Positions 46,701 through 61,700 of a stretch of 64,000 bases of DNA are shown here, in pieces. The notes below the pieces were generated by a model that was given only the letters and a program-made list of their open reading frames with translations, did no database searches and was not told the DNA's origin. How positions within the stretch are numbered: position 1 is the stretch's first letter; each line of letters opens with the position of its first letter. The stretch comes from Eledone cirrhosa (lineage: Eukaryota), in the NCBI GenBank assembly GCA_964016885.1, contig OZ024744.1, forward strand, positions 74,152,001-74,216,000. Direction: 5' to 3'. Position numbers and translations under genes: made by a program.

Positions 46701-49700
46701 GTCTAGCTAGTTCAGATTGCATAGCTGCTAAACTATCACAATCACCATTCATATATCAACCATGCTAGAGTCTAGGTAGTTGAGATGGTATAGCAGCTAA
46801 ACCATCACAATCACCATTCATATATCAACCATGCTAGAGTCTATCTAGTTGAGATGGTATGGCTACTAAACCATCACAATTACCATTCCATTATCAACGA
46901 TGCTAGAGTCTAGCTAGTTCAGATGGTATAGCTACTAAACAAACACAATCACTATTCACATTTCAAACATGCTAGAGTCTAGCTAGTTGAGATGGTATAG
47001 TTGCTAAACCAACACAATCACTATTCACATATCAACCATGCTAGAATCTAGCTAGTTGAGATGGTATAGCTGCTAAACCATCACAATCACCTTTCACATT
47101 TCAACCATACTAGAGTGTAGCTAGTTGAGATGGTATAGCTACTAAACCATCACAATCACCATTCACATATCAACCATGCTAAAGTCTAGCTAGTTGTGTT
47201 GGTATGGCTGCTAATCCATCACAATCACCATTCATATATCAACCATGCTAGAGCCTAACTAGTTGAGATGGTATAGCTACTAAACCATCACAATCACCAT
47301 TCAAATATCAACCATGCCAAAGTCTAGCTAGTTGAGACGGTATGGCTGCTAAACCATCACAATCACTATTCATGTATCAATCAGGCTAGACTCTAGCTAG
47401 TTGAGATGGATTAGCTGCTAAACCATCACAATCACCATTCACGTATCAACCATGCTAGAGACTAGCTAGTTGAGATGGTATAGTTGCTAAACCATCACAA
47501 TCACTATTCACATATCAACCAAGCTAGAATCTAGCTAGTTGAGATGGTATAGCTGCTAAACCATCACAATCAACTTTCACATTTCAACAATGCTAGAGTG
47601 TAGCTAGTTGAGATGGTATAGCTACTAAATCATCACAATCACCATTCACATATCAACCATGCTAGAGTCTAGCTAGTTGAGATGGTATAGCTACTAAATC
47701 ATCACAATCAACATTCACATATCAACCATGCTAAAGTCTAGCTAGTTGAGAAGGTATGGCTGCTAAACCATCACAATCACCATTCACATTTCAACCATGC
47801 TAGTGTGTAGCTAGTTGAGAAGGTATAGCTGCTAAAGCATCACAATCAGCATTCACATATCAACCATGCTAGAGGTTAGCTAGTTGAGATGGTATAGCTG
47901 CTAAACCATAACAATCACCTTTCACATATCAACCATGCTAGAGTCAAGTTAGTTGAGATGGTATGACTGCTAAACCATCACAATCACCATTCATATATCA
48001 ACCATGCTAGAGTCTAGCTAGCTGAGATGGTATAGCTGAAAAACCATCACAATCACCATTCACATATCAACCATGCTAGAGTCTAGCTAGTTCAGATGGT
48101 ATAGCTGCTAAACCATCAGAATCACCTTTCACATTTCAACCATGCTAGAGTGTAGCTAGTTGAGATGGTATAGCTACTAAACCATCACAATTACCATTCA
48201 CATATCAACCATGCTATAGTCTCGCTAGTTGAGATGGTATAGCTACTAAACAATCACAATCACAATTCACATATCAACCATGCTAGAGTCTAGCTAGTTG
48301 AGATGGTATAGCTGCTAAACCATCACAATCACCATTCACATATCAACGATGCTCGAGTCTTGCTAGTTGAGATGGTATAGCTGCTAAACCATCACAATCA
48401 CCATTCAAATATCAACCATGCTAAAGTCTAGCTAGTTGAGATGGTATGGCTGCTAAACCATCACAATCTCTATTCATGTATCAATCAGGCTAGACTCTAG
48501 CTAGTTGAGATGGTATATCTGCTAACCCATCACCATCACTATTCATATATCAACCCTGACAAAGTCTAGCTAGTTGAGATGGTATAGCTGATAAACTATC
48601 ACAATCACCATTCACATATCAACCATGCTAGAGTCTAGCTAGTTCAGATGGTATAGCTGCTAAAGCATCACATTCACCATTCCCATATCAACCATGATAG
48701 CGTCTAGCTAGTTGAGATGGTATAGCTGCTAAAGCATCACAATCACCATTCACATATCAACCATGCTAGAGTCAATCTAGTTGAGATGGTATAGCTGCTA
48801 AACCATCACAATCACCATTCACATATCAACCATGCTAGAGTCTAGGTAGTTGAGATGGTATAGCTGCTAACCATCACATTCACTATTCACATATCAACCA
48901 TGCTAGAGTCTATCTAGTTGGGATGGTATAGCAACTAAACAATCACATTCACCATGCACATATCAACCATGCTAGAGTCTAGCTAGTTGAGATGGTATGG
49001 CTACTAAACCATCACAATTACCATTCACATTTCAACCAAGCTAGAGTCTACCTAGTTGAGAGGTTAAAGCTGCTAAATAATCACAATCACTATTCACATT
49101 TCAACCATGCTAGAGTCTAGCTAGTTGAGATGGTATAGCTGCTAAACAATCACAATCACTATTCATATATCAACCATGCTAGAGTCTAGCTAGTTGAGAT
49201 GGTATAGCTGGTAAACCATCACAATCACTATTCATATATCAACCATGCTACACTCTAGCTAGTTGAGATGGATTAGCTGCTAAACCATCACAATCTCCAT
49301 TCACGTAACAACCATGTTAGAGTCTAGCTAGTTGAGATGGTATAGCTGCTAAACCATCACAATCACCATTCACATATCAACCATGCTAGAGTCTAGGTAG
49401 TTGAGATGGTATAGCTGCTAAACCATCACAATAACCATTCAGATATCAACCATGCTAGAGTCTAGCTAGTTCAGATGGTATAGCTGCTAAAGCATCACAT
49501 TCACCATTCACATATCAACCATGCTAGCGTCTAGCTAGTTGAGATGGTATAGCTGCTAAAGCATCACAATCACCATTCACGTATCAACCATGCTAGAGTC
49601 TATCTAGTTGAGATGGAATAGCTGCTAAACCATCACAATGATCATTCACATATCAACGATGCTAGAGTCTAGCTAGTTGAGATTGTATAGCTGCTAAACC

Positions 49701-52700
49701 ATCACAATCACCATTCACATATCAACGATGCTAGTGTCTAGCTAGTTGAGATGGTATAGCTGCTAAACCATCACAATCACTATTCATATATCAACCATGC
49801 TAGAGTCTAGCTAGTTGAGAAGGTATAGCTGCTAAAACATCACAATCATTATTCACATACCAACCATCCTAGAGTCTAGTTAGTTGATATGGTTTAGCTG
49901 CTAAACCATCCCAATCACCATTCACATATCAACCATGCTAGAGTCTAGGTTGTTGAGATGGTATAGCTGCTAAACCATCACAGTCACCATTCATATATTA
50001 ACCATGCTAGAGGCTAGCTAGTTGAGATGGTAAAGCTGCTAAACAATCACAATCACCATTCACGTATCAACCATGCTAGAGTCTAGCTAGTTGAGATGGT
50101 ATAGCTGCTAAACCATCACAATCACTATTCATATATCAACCATGCTACACTCTAGCTAGTTGAGATGGATTAGCTGCTAAACCATCACAATCACCATTCA
50201 CGTAACAACCATGTTAGAGTCTAGCTAGTTGAGATGGTATAGCTGCTAAACCCTCACAATCACAATTCACATATCAACCATGCTAGAGTCTAGCTAGTTG
50301 AGATAGTATAGCTGCTAAACCATCACAATCACCATTCACATATCAACCATGCTAGAGTCTAGGTAGTTGAGATGGTATAGCTGCTAAACCATCACAATCA
50401 CCATTCATATATCAACCATGCTAGAGTCTAGCTAGTTCAGATGGTATAGCTGCTAAAGCATCACATTCACCATTCACATATCAACCATGCTAGCGTCTAG
50501 CTAGTTGAGATGGTATAGCTGCTAAAGCATCACAATCACCATTCACATATCAACCATGCTAGAGTCTATCTAGTTGAGATGGAATAGCTGCTAAACCATC
50601 ACAATAACCATTCACATATCAACGATGCTAGAGTCTAGATATTGAGATTGTATAGCTGCTAAACCATCACAATCACCATTCACATATCAACTATGCTAGA
50701 GTCTAGCTAGTTGAGATGGTATAGCTGCTAAACCATCACAATCACTTTTCATATATCAACCATGCTAGAGTCTAGCTAGTTGAGAAGGTATAGCTGCTAA
50801 AACATCACAATCATTATTCACATACCAACCATGCTAGAGTCTAGTTAGTTGATATGGTATAGCTGCTAAACCATCACAATCACCATTCACATATCAACCA
50901 TGCTAGAGTCTAGGTAGTTGAGATGGTATAGCTGCTAAACCATCACAATCACCATTCACATATCAACCATGCTAGAGTCTAGCAAGTTGAGGTGGTATAC
51001 CTGCTAAACAATCACAATCTTCATTCACATTTCAACCATGCTAGAGACTAGCTAGTTGAGTGTGTATGGCTACTAAACCATCAGAATCACCATTCACATT
51101 TCAACCAAGCTACAGTCTTCCTAGTTGAGATGGTATAGTTGCTAAACCATCACAATCACTATTCACATATCAATCATGCTAGAGTCTAGCTAGTTGATTT
51201 GGTATAGCTGCTAAACCATCACAATCACTATTCACATGTCAACCATGCTAGAGACTAGGTAGTTGAGATGGTATAGCTGCTAAACCATCACAATCATTAT
51301 TCACATACCAACCATGCTAGAGTCTAGTTAGTTGATATGGTATAGCTGCTAAATCATCACAATCACCATTCACATATCAACCATGCTAGAGTCTAGGTAG
51401 TTGAGATGGTATAGCTGCTAAACCATCACAATCACCATTCATATATCAACCATGCTAGAGGCTAGCTAGTTGAGATGGTAAAGCTGCTAAACAATCACGA
51501 TCATCATTCACATTTCAACCATGCTAGAGACTAGGTAGTTGAGATGGTATAGCTGCTAAACCATCACAATCACTATTCACATATCAACCATGCTAGAGTC
51601 TAGATAGTTGAGATGGTATAGCTGCTAAAGCATCACAATCACCATTCACATTTCAACCATGCTAGAGTATAGATAGTTCAGATTGTATAGCTGCTAAACC
51701 ATCACAATCACCATTCATATATCAACCATGCTAGAGTCTAGGTAGTTGAGATGGTATAGCTGCTAAACCATCACAATCACCATTCATATATCAACCATGC
51801 TAGAGGCTAGCTAGTTGAGATGGTAAAGCTGCTAAACAATCACAATCACCATTCACGTATCCACCATGCTAGAGTCTAGCTAGTTGAGATGGTATACCTG
51901 CTAAACAATCACAATCATCATTCACATTTAAACCATGCTAGAGACTAGGTAGTTGAGATGGTATAGCTGCTAAAGCATCACAATCACCATTCACATAATA
52001 ACCATACTAGAGTCTAGCTAGTTGAGATGGTATAGCTGCTAAACCATCACAATCACCTTTCACATTTCAACCATGATAGAGTGTATCTAGTTGGGATGGT
52101 ATAGCTACTAAACAATCACAATCACCATTCACATATCAACCATGCTAGAGTCTAGCTAGTTGAGATGGTATAGCGGCTAAACCATCACAATCACCTTTCA
52201 CAATTCAACCATGCTAGAGTGTATCTAGTTGGGATGGTATAGCTACTAAACAATCACAATCACCATTCACATATCAACCATGCTAGAGTCTAGCTAGTTG
52301 AGATGGTATAGCTGCTAAACCACCACAATCACCATTCATATATCAACCATGCTAGTATCTAGCTAGTTGAGATGGTATATCTGCTAAACCATCACAATCA
52401 CTATTCACATATCAACCATGCAAGAGTCTAGCTAGTTGAGATGGTATAGCTGCTAAAGCATCACAATCACCATTCACATATCAACGATGCTAGAGTCTAG
52501 CTAGTTGAGATGGTATAGCTGCTAAACCATCACAATCACTATTCAAATATCAACCATGCTAGAGTCTAGCTAGTTGAGAAGGTATAGCTGCTAAACCACC
52601 ACAATCACCATTCACATATCAACCATGCTAGAGTCTAGCTAGTTGAGATGGTATAGCGGCTAAACCATCACAATCACCTTTCACAATTCAACCATGCTAG

Positions 52701-55700
52701 AGTGTATCTAGTTGGGATGGTATAGCTACTAAACAATCACAATCACCATTCACATATCAACCATGCTAGAGTCTAGCTAGTTGAGATGGTATAGCTGCTA
52801 AACCACCACAATCACCATTCATATATCAACCATGCTAGTATCTAGCTAGTTGAGATGGTATATCTGCTAAACCATCACAATCACTATTCACATATCAACC
52901 ATGCAAGAGTCTAGCTAGTTGAGATGGTATAGCTGCTAAAGCATCACAATCACCATTCACATATCAACGATGCTAGAGTCTAGCTAGTTGAGATGGTATA
53001 GCTGCTAAACCATCACAATCACCATTCATATATCAACCATGCTAGAGGCTAGCTAGTTGAGATGGTAAAGCTGCTAAACAATCACAATCACCATTCACGT
53101 ATCAACCATGCTAGAGTCTAGCTAGTTGAGATGGTATACCTGCTAAACAATCACAATCATCATTCACATTTAAACCATGCTAGAGACTAGGTAGTTGAGA
53201 TGGTATAGCTGCTAAAGCATCACAATCACCATTCACATAATAACCATACTAGAGTCTAGCTAGTTGAGATGGTATAGCTGCTAAACCATCACAATCACCT
53301 TTCACATTTCAACCATGATAGAGTGTATCTAGTTGGGATGGTATAGCTACTAAACAATCACAATCACCATTCACATATCAACCATGCTAGAGTCTAGCTA
53401 GTTGAGATGGTATAGCGGCTAAACCATCACAATCACCTTTCACAATTCAACCATGCTAGAGTGTATCTAGTTGGGATGGTATAGCTACTAAACAATCACA
53501 ATCACCATTCACATATCAACCATGCTAGAGTCTAGCTAGTTGAGATGGTATAGCTGCTAAACCACCACAATCACCATTCATATATCAACCATGCTAGTAT
53601 CTAGCTAGTTGAGATGGTATATCTGCTAAACCATCACAATCACTATTCACATATCAACCATGCAAGAGTCTAGCTAGTTGAGATGGTATAGCTGCTAAAG
53701 CATCACAATCACCATTCACATATCAACGATGCTAGAGTCTAGCTAGTTGAGATGGTATAGCTGCTAAACCATCACAATCACTATTCAAATATCAACCATG
53801 CTAGAGTCTAGCTAGTTGAGAAGGTATAGCTGCTAAAACATCACAATCATTATTCACATACCACCCATGCTAGAGTCTAGCTAGTTGAGATGGTAAAGCT
53901 GCTAAACAATCACAATCACCATTCACGTGTCAACCATGCTAGAGTCTAGCTAGTTGAGATGGTATACCTGCTAAACAATCACAATCTTCCTTCACATTTC
54001 AACCATGCTAGAGACTAGCTAGTTGAGATGGTATGGCTACTAAACCATCACAATCACCATTCACATTTCAACCAAGCTACAGTCTTCCTAGTTGAGATGG
54101 TATAGCTGCTAAACCATCACAATCACTATTCACATATCAATCATGCTAGAGTCTAGCTAGTTGATTTGGTATAGCTGCTAAACCATCACAATCACTATTC
54201 ACATATCAACCATGCTAGAGACTAGGTAGTTGAGATGGTATAGCTGCTAAACCATCACAATCACCATTCACATACCAACCATGCTAGAGTCTAGGTAGTT
54301 GAGATGGTATAGCTGCTAAACCATCACAATCACCATTCATATATCAACCATGCTAGAGACTAGCTAGTTGAGATGGCAAAGCTGCTAAACAATCACGATC
54401 ACCATTCACGTATCAACCATGCTAGAGTCTAGCTAGTTGAGATGGTATACCTGCTAAACAATCACAATCATCATTCACATTTCAACCATGCTAGAGACTA
54501 GGTAGTTGAGATGGTATAGCTGCTAAACCATCACAATCACTATTCACATATCAACCATGCTAGAGTTTAGATAGTTGAGATTGTATTGCTGCTAAAGCAT
54601 CACAATCACCATTCACATTTCAACCATGCTAAAGTATAGATAGTTCAGATTGTATAGCTGCTAAACCATCACAATCACCATTCATATATCAACCATGCTA
54701 GAGACTAGGTAGTTGAGATGGTATAGCTGCTAACCCATCACAATCACCATTCACATATCAACCATGCTAGAGTCTAGCTAGTTGAGATAGTATAGCTGCT
54801 AAACCATCACAATCACCATTCACATATCAACCATGCTAGAGTTTAGGTAGTTGAGATGGTATAGCTGCTAAGCCATCACAATCACCATTCATATATCAAC
54901 CATGCTAGAGTCTAGCTAGTTCAGATGGTATAGCTGCTAAAGAATCACATTCACCATTCACATATCAACCATGCTAGCGTCTAGCTAGTTGAGATGGTAT
55001 AGCTGCTAAAGCATCACAATCACCATTCACATATCAACCATGCTAGAGTCTATCTAGTTGAGATGGAATAGCTGCTAAACCATCACAATAACCATTCACA
55101 TATCAACGATGCTCGAGTCTAGCTAGTTGAGATTGTATAGCTGCTAAACCATCACAATCACCATTCACATATCAACTATGCTAGAGTCTAGCTAGTTGAG
55201 ATGGTATAGCTGCTAAACCATCACAATCACTTTTCATATATCAACCATGCTAGAGTCTAGCTAGTTGAGAAGGTATAGCTGCTAAAACATCACAATCATT
55301 ATTCACATACCAACCATGCTAGAGTCTAGTTAGTTGATATGGTATAGCTGCTAAACCATCACAATCACCATTCACATATCAACCATGCTAGAGTCTAGGT
55401 AGTTGAGATGGTATAGATGCTAAACCATCACAATCAACATTCACGTATCAACCATGCTAGAGTCTAACTAGTTGAGGTGGTATACCTGCTAAACAATCAC
55501 AATCTTCATTCACATTTCAACCATGCTAGAGACTAGCTAGTTGAGATGGTATGGCTACTAAACCATCACAATCACCATTCACATTTCAACCAAGCTACAG
55601 TCTTCCTAGTTGAGATGGTATAGTTGCTAAACCATCACAATCACTATTCACATATCAATCATGCTAGAGTCTAGCTAGTTGATTTGGTATAGCTGCTAAA

Positions 55701-58700
55701 CCATCACAATCACTATTCACATATCAACCATGCTAGAGACTAGGTAGTTGAGATGGTATAGCTGCTAAACCATCACAATCATTATTCACATACCAACCAT
55801 GCTAGAGTCTAGTTAGTTGATATGGTATAGCTGCTAAATCATCACAATCACCATTCACATATCAACCATGCTAGAGTCTAGCTAGTTAAGATGGTATAGC
55901 TGCTAAACCATCACAATCACTATTCACATACCAACCATGCTAGAGTCTAGCTAGTTGAGATGGTATAGCTGCTAAACCATCACAATCACCTTTCACATTT
56001 CAACCATTCTAGAGTGTAGCTAATTGAGATGGTATAGCTGCTAAACCATCACAATCACCATTCACATATCAACCATGCTAGAGTCTATCTAGTTGAGATG
56101 GTATAGCTACTAAACCATCACAATCACCATTCACATATCAACCATGCTAAAGTCTAGCTAGTTGAGATGGTATGGTTGCTAAACCATCACAATCACCATT
56201 CATATATCAACCATGCTAGAGTCTAATTAGTTGAGATGGTATAGCTACTAAACCATCACTATCACCATTCAAATATCAACCATGCTAAAGTCTAGCTAGT
56301 TGAGATGGTATAGCTGCTAAACCATCACAATCACCTTTCACATTCCACCATTCTAGAGTGTAGCTAGTTGAGATGGTATAGCTGCTAAACCATCACAATC
56401 ACCATTCACATATCAACCATGCTAGAGTCTATCTAGTTGAGATGGTATAGCTACTAAACCATCACAATCACCATTCACATATCAACCATGCTAAAGTCTA
56501 GCTAGTTGAGATGGTATGGCTGCTAAACTATCACAATCACCATTCGCATATCAACCATGTTAGAGTCTAGCTAGTTGAGATGGTAAAGCTGATAAACAAT
56601 CACAATCACTATTCACATTTCAACCATGATAGAGTCTAGCTAGTTGAGATGGTATAGCTGCTAAACCATCACAATCACTATTCATATATCAACCTTGCTA
56701 GAGTGTAGCTAGTTGAGATGGTATAGCTGTTAAACCATCACAATCACTATTCATATATCTACCATGCTAGACTCTAGCTAGTTGAGATGGATTAGCTGCT
56801 AAACCATCGCAATCACCATTCACATTTCAACCATGCTAGAGACTAGGTAGTTGAGATGGTATAGCTGTTAATCCATCACAATCACTATTGACATATCAAC
56901 CATGCTAGAGTCTAGATAGTTGAGATTGTATAGCTGCTAAACCATCACATACACTATTCACATTTCAACCGTGCTAGAGTCTAGCTAGTTGAGATGGTAT
57001 AGCTGCTATAGCATCATAATCACCATTCACATAATAAACATGCTAGAGTATAGCTAGTTGAGATGGTATAGCTGCTAAACCATCACAATCACCTTTCACA
57101 TTTCAACCATGCTAGAGTGTATCTAGTTGGGATGGTATAGCTACTAAACAATCACATTCGCCATTCACATATCAACCATGCTAGAGTCTAGCTAGTTGAG
57201 ATGGTATAGCTACTAAACCATCACAATCACCATTCACATTTCAACCACGCTAGAGTCTAGCTAGTTGATATGGTATAGCTGCTAAACCATCACATTCACC
57301 ATTCACAAATCAACCATGATAGAGTCTAGCTAGTTGAGGTGGTATAGCTGCTAAACCATCACAATCACCATTCACATATCAACCATGCTAGAGGCTAGCT
57401 AGTTGAGATGGTATAGCTGCTAAACAATCACAATCATCATTCACATATGAACCATGCTAGAGTCTAGCTAGTTGAGACAGTATAGCTGCCAAACCATCAC
57501 AATAACAATTCACATATCAACCATGCTAAAGTCTAGCTAGTTGAGATGGTATAGCTGCTAAACCACCACAATCACCATTCATATATCAACCATGCTTGAA
57601 TCTAGCTAGTTGCGATGGTATATCTGCTAAACCATCACAATCACTATTCACATATCAGCCATGCAAGAGTCTAGCTAGTTGAGATGGTATAGCTGCTAAA
57701 CCACCACAATCACTATTAACATTTCAACCATGCTAGAGTCTAGGTAGTTGAGATGGTATAGCTTCTAAACCATCACAATCACCATTCACATATCAACCAT
57801 GCTAAAGTCTAGCTAGTTGAGATGGTATAGCGGCTAAAACATCACTATCACCATTCATATATCAACCATGCTAGAGTCTATCTATATGAGATAGTATAGC
57901 TGCTAAAGCATCACATGCACTATTCACATATCAACCGTGCTAGAGTCTAGATAGTTGAGATGGCATAGCTGCTAAAACATCACAATCACCATTCACATAA
58001 TAACCATGCTAGAGTCTAGCTAGTTGAGATGGTATAGCTGCTAACCTTCACAATCACCATTCACATTTCAACCATGCTAGAGTGTATCTAGTTGGGATGG
58101 TATAGCTACTAAACAATCACATTCGCCATTCACATATCAACCATGCTAGAGTCTAGCTAGTTGAGATGGTATAGCTACTAAACCATCACAATCACCATTC
58201 ACATTTCAACCACGCTAGAGTCTAGCTAGTTGATATGGTATAGCTGCTAAACCATCACATTCACCATTCACATATCAACCATGATAGAGTCTAGCTAGTT
58301 GAGGTGGTATAGCTGCTAAACCATCACAATCACCATTCACATATCAACCGTGCTAGAGGCTAGCTAGTTGAGATGGTAAAGCTGCTAAACAATCACAATC
58401 ACTAATCACATTTCAACCATGCTAGAGTCTAGCTAGTTGAGATGGTATAGCTTCTAAACCATCACAATCACCATTCACATATCAACCATGCTAAAGTCTA
58501 GCTAGTTGAGATGGTATAGCGGCTAAAACATCACTATCACCATTCATATATCAACCATGCTAGAGTCTATCTATATGAGATAGTATAGCTGCTAAAGCAT
58601 CACATTCACTATTCACATATCAACCGTGCTAGAGTCTAGATAGTTGAGATGGCATAGCTTCTAAAACATCACAATCACCATTCACATAATAACCATGCTA

Positions 58701-61700
58701 GAGTCTAGCTAGTTGAGATGGTATAGCTGCTAACCATCACAATCACCTTTCACATTTCAACCATGCTAGAGTGTATCTAGTTGGGATGGTATAGCTACTA
58801 AACAATCACATTCGCCATTCACATATCAACCATGCTAGAGTCTAGCTAGTTGAGATGGTATAGCTACTAAACCATCACAATCACCATTCACATTTCAACC
58901 ACGCTAGAGTCTAGCTAGTTGAGGTGGTATAGCTGCTAAACCATCACAATCACCATTCACATATCAACCATGCTAGAGGCTAGCTAGTTGAGATGGTAAA
59001 GCTGCTAAACAATCACAATCACTAATCACATTTCAACCATGCTAGAGTCTAGCTAGTTGAGATGGATTAGCTGCTAAACCATCACAATCACCATTCATGT
59101 ATCAACCATGCTAGAGTCTAGCTAGTTGAGATGGTATAGCTGCTAAACAATCACAATCATCATTCACATATCAACCATGCTAGAGTCTAGCTAGTTGAGA
59201 CAGTATAGCTGCCAAACCATCACAATAACAATTCACATATCAACCATGCTAAAGTCTAGCTAGTTGAGATGGTATAGCTGCTAAACCACCACAATCACCA
59301 TTCATATATCAACAATGTTTGAATCTAGCTAGTTGCGATGGTATATCTGCTAAACCATCACAATCACTATTCACATATCAGCCATGCAAGAGTCTAGCTA
59401 GTTGAGATGGTATAGCTGCTAAACCACCACAATCACTATTAACATTTCAACCATGCTAGAGTCTAGGTAGTTGAGATGGTATAGCTTCTAAACCATCACA
59501 ATCACCATTCACATATCAACCATGCTAAAGTCTAGCTAGTTGAGATGGTATAGCGGCTAAAACATCACTATCACCATTCATATATCAACCATGCTAGAGT
59601 CTATCTAGATGAGATAGTATAGCTGCTAAAGCATCACGTTCACTATTCACATATCAACCGTGCTAGAGTCTAGATAGTTGAGATGGTATAGCTGCTAAAA
59701 CATCACAATCACCATTCACATAATAACCATGCTAGAGTCTAGCTAGTTGAGATGGTATAGCTGCTAAACCATCACAATCACCTTCCACATTTGAAACATG
59801 CTAGAGCCTATCTAGTTGGGATGGTATAGCTACTAAACAATCACAATCACCATTCACATTTCAACCATACTAGAGTCTAGCTAGTTGAGATGGTATAGTT
59901 GCTAAACCATCACAATCACTATTCACATACCAACCATGCTAGAGTCTAGCTAGTTGAGATGGTATAGCTGCTAAACCATCACAAAAACCTTTCACATTTC
60001 AACCATTCTAGAGTGTAGCTAGTTGAGATGGTATAGCTGCTAAACCATCACAATCACCATTCACGTATCAACCATGCTAGAGTATATCTAGTGGAGATGG
60101 TATAGCTAGTAAACCATCACAATCACCATTCACATATCAACGATGCTAAAGTCTAGCTACTTGAGATGGTATAGCGGCTAAAACTTCACAATCACCATTC
60201 ATATATCAACCATGCTAGAGTCTAATTAGTTGAGATGGTATAGCTACTAAACCATCACAATCACCATTCAAATATCAACCATGCTAAAGTCTAGCTAGTT
60301 GAGATGGTATGGCTGCTAAACCATCACAATCACTATTCATATATCAACCATGCTAGAGTCTAGCTAGTTGAGATGGATTAGCTGCTAAACCATCACAATC
60401 ACCATTCACATTTCAACCATGCTAGAGACTAGGTAGTTGGGATGGTATAGCTATTAAACCATCACAATCACTATTCACATATCAACCATGCTAGAATCTA
60501 GATAGTTGAGATGGTATAGCTGCTAAACCATCACAATCACCATTCACATTTAAACCATGCTAGAGTATAGCTAGTTCAGATTGTATAGCTGCTAAACCAT
60601 CACAATCACCATTCATATATCAACGATGCTAGACTCTAGCTAGTGGAGATGGTATAGCGGCTAAACCATTCCAATCACATTCATATATCAACCATGCTAG
60701 ACTCTATCTAGATGAGCTGGTATAGCTGCTAAACCATCACAATCACCTTTCACATTTCAACCATGCTAGAGTGTATCTAGTTGAGATGGTATAGCTACTA
60801 AACTATCACAATCACCATTCACATTTCAACCACGCTAGAGTCTAGCTAGTTGAGATGGTATAGCTGCTAAACCATCACAATCACCATTCACATACCCACC
60901 ATGCTAGAGTCTAGCTAGTTGAGATGGTATAGCTGCTAAACCACCACAATCACCATTCATATATCAACCATGCTTGAATCTCGCTAGTTGCGATGGTATA
61001 TCTGCTAAACCATCACAATCACTATTCACATATCAGACATGCAAGAGTCTAGCTAGTTGAGATGGTATAGCTGCTAAACCACCACAATCACCTTTCACAT
61101 TTCAACCATGCTAGTGTCTATCTAGTTGGGATGGTATAGCTACTAAACAATCACAATCACCATTCACATATCAACCATGCTAGAGTCTAGCTAGTTGAGA
61201 TGGTATAGCTACTAAACCATCACAATCACCATTCACATTTCAACCAAGCTAGAGTCTAGCTAGTTGAGATGGTATAGCTACTAAACTATCACAATCACCA
61301 TTCACATTTCAACCAAGCTAGAGTCTAGCTAGTTGAGATGGTATAGCTGCTAAACCATCACAATCACCATTCACATATCAACCATGCTAGAGTCTATCTA
61401 GTTGAGATGGTATAGCTACTAAACCATCACAATCACCATTCAAATATCAACCATGCTAAAGTCTAGCTAGTTGAGATAGTATGGCTGCTAAACCATCACA
61501 ATCACTATTCAGGTATCAATCAGGTTACACTCTAGCTAGTTGAGATGGTATAGCTGCTAATCTATCACAATCACCTTTCACATTTCAACCATTCTAGAGT
61601 GTAGCTAGTTGAGATGGTATAGCTGCTAAACCATCACAATCACCATTCACATATCAATCATGCTAGAGTCTATCAAGTTGAGATGGTATAGCTACTAAAC

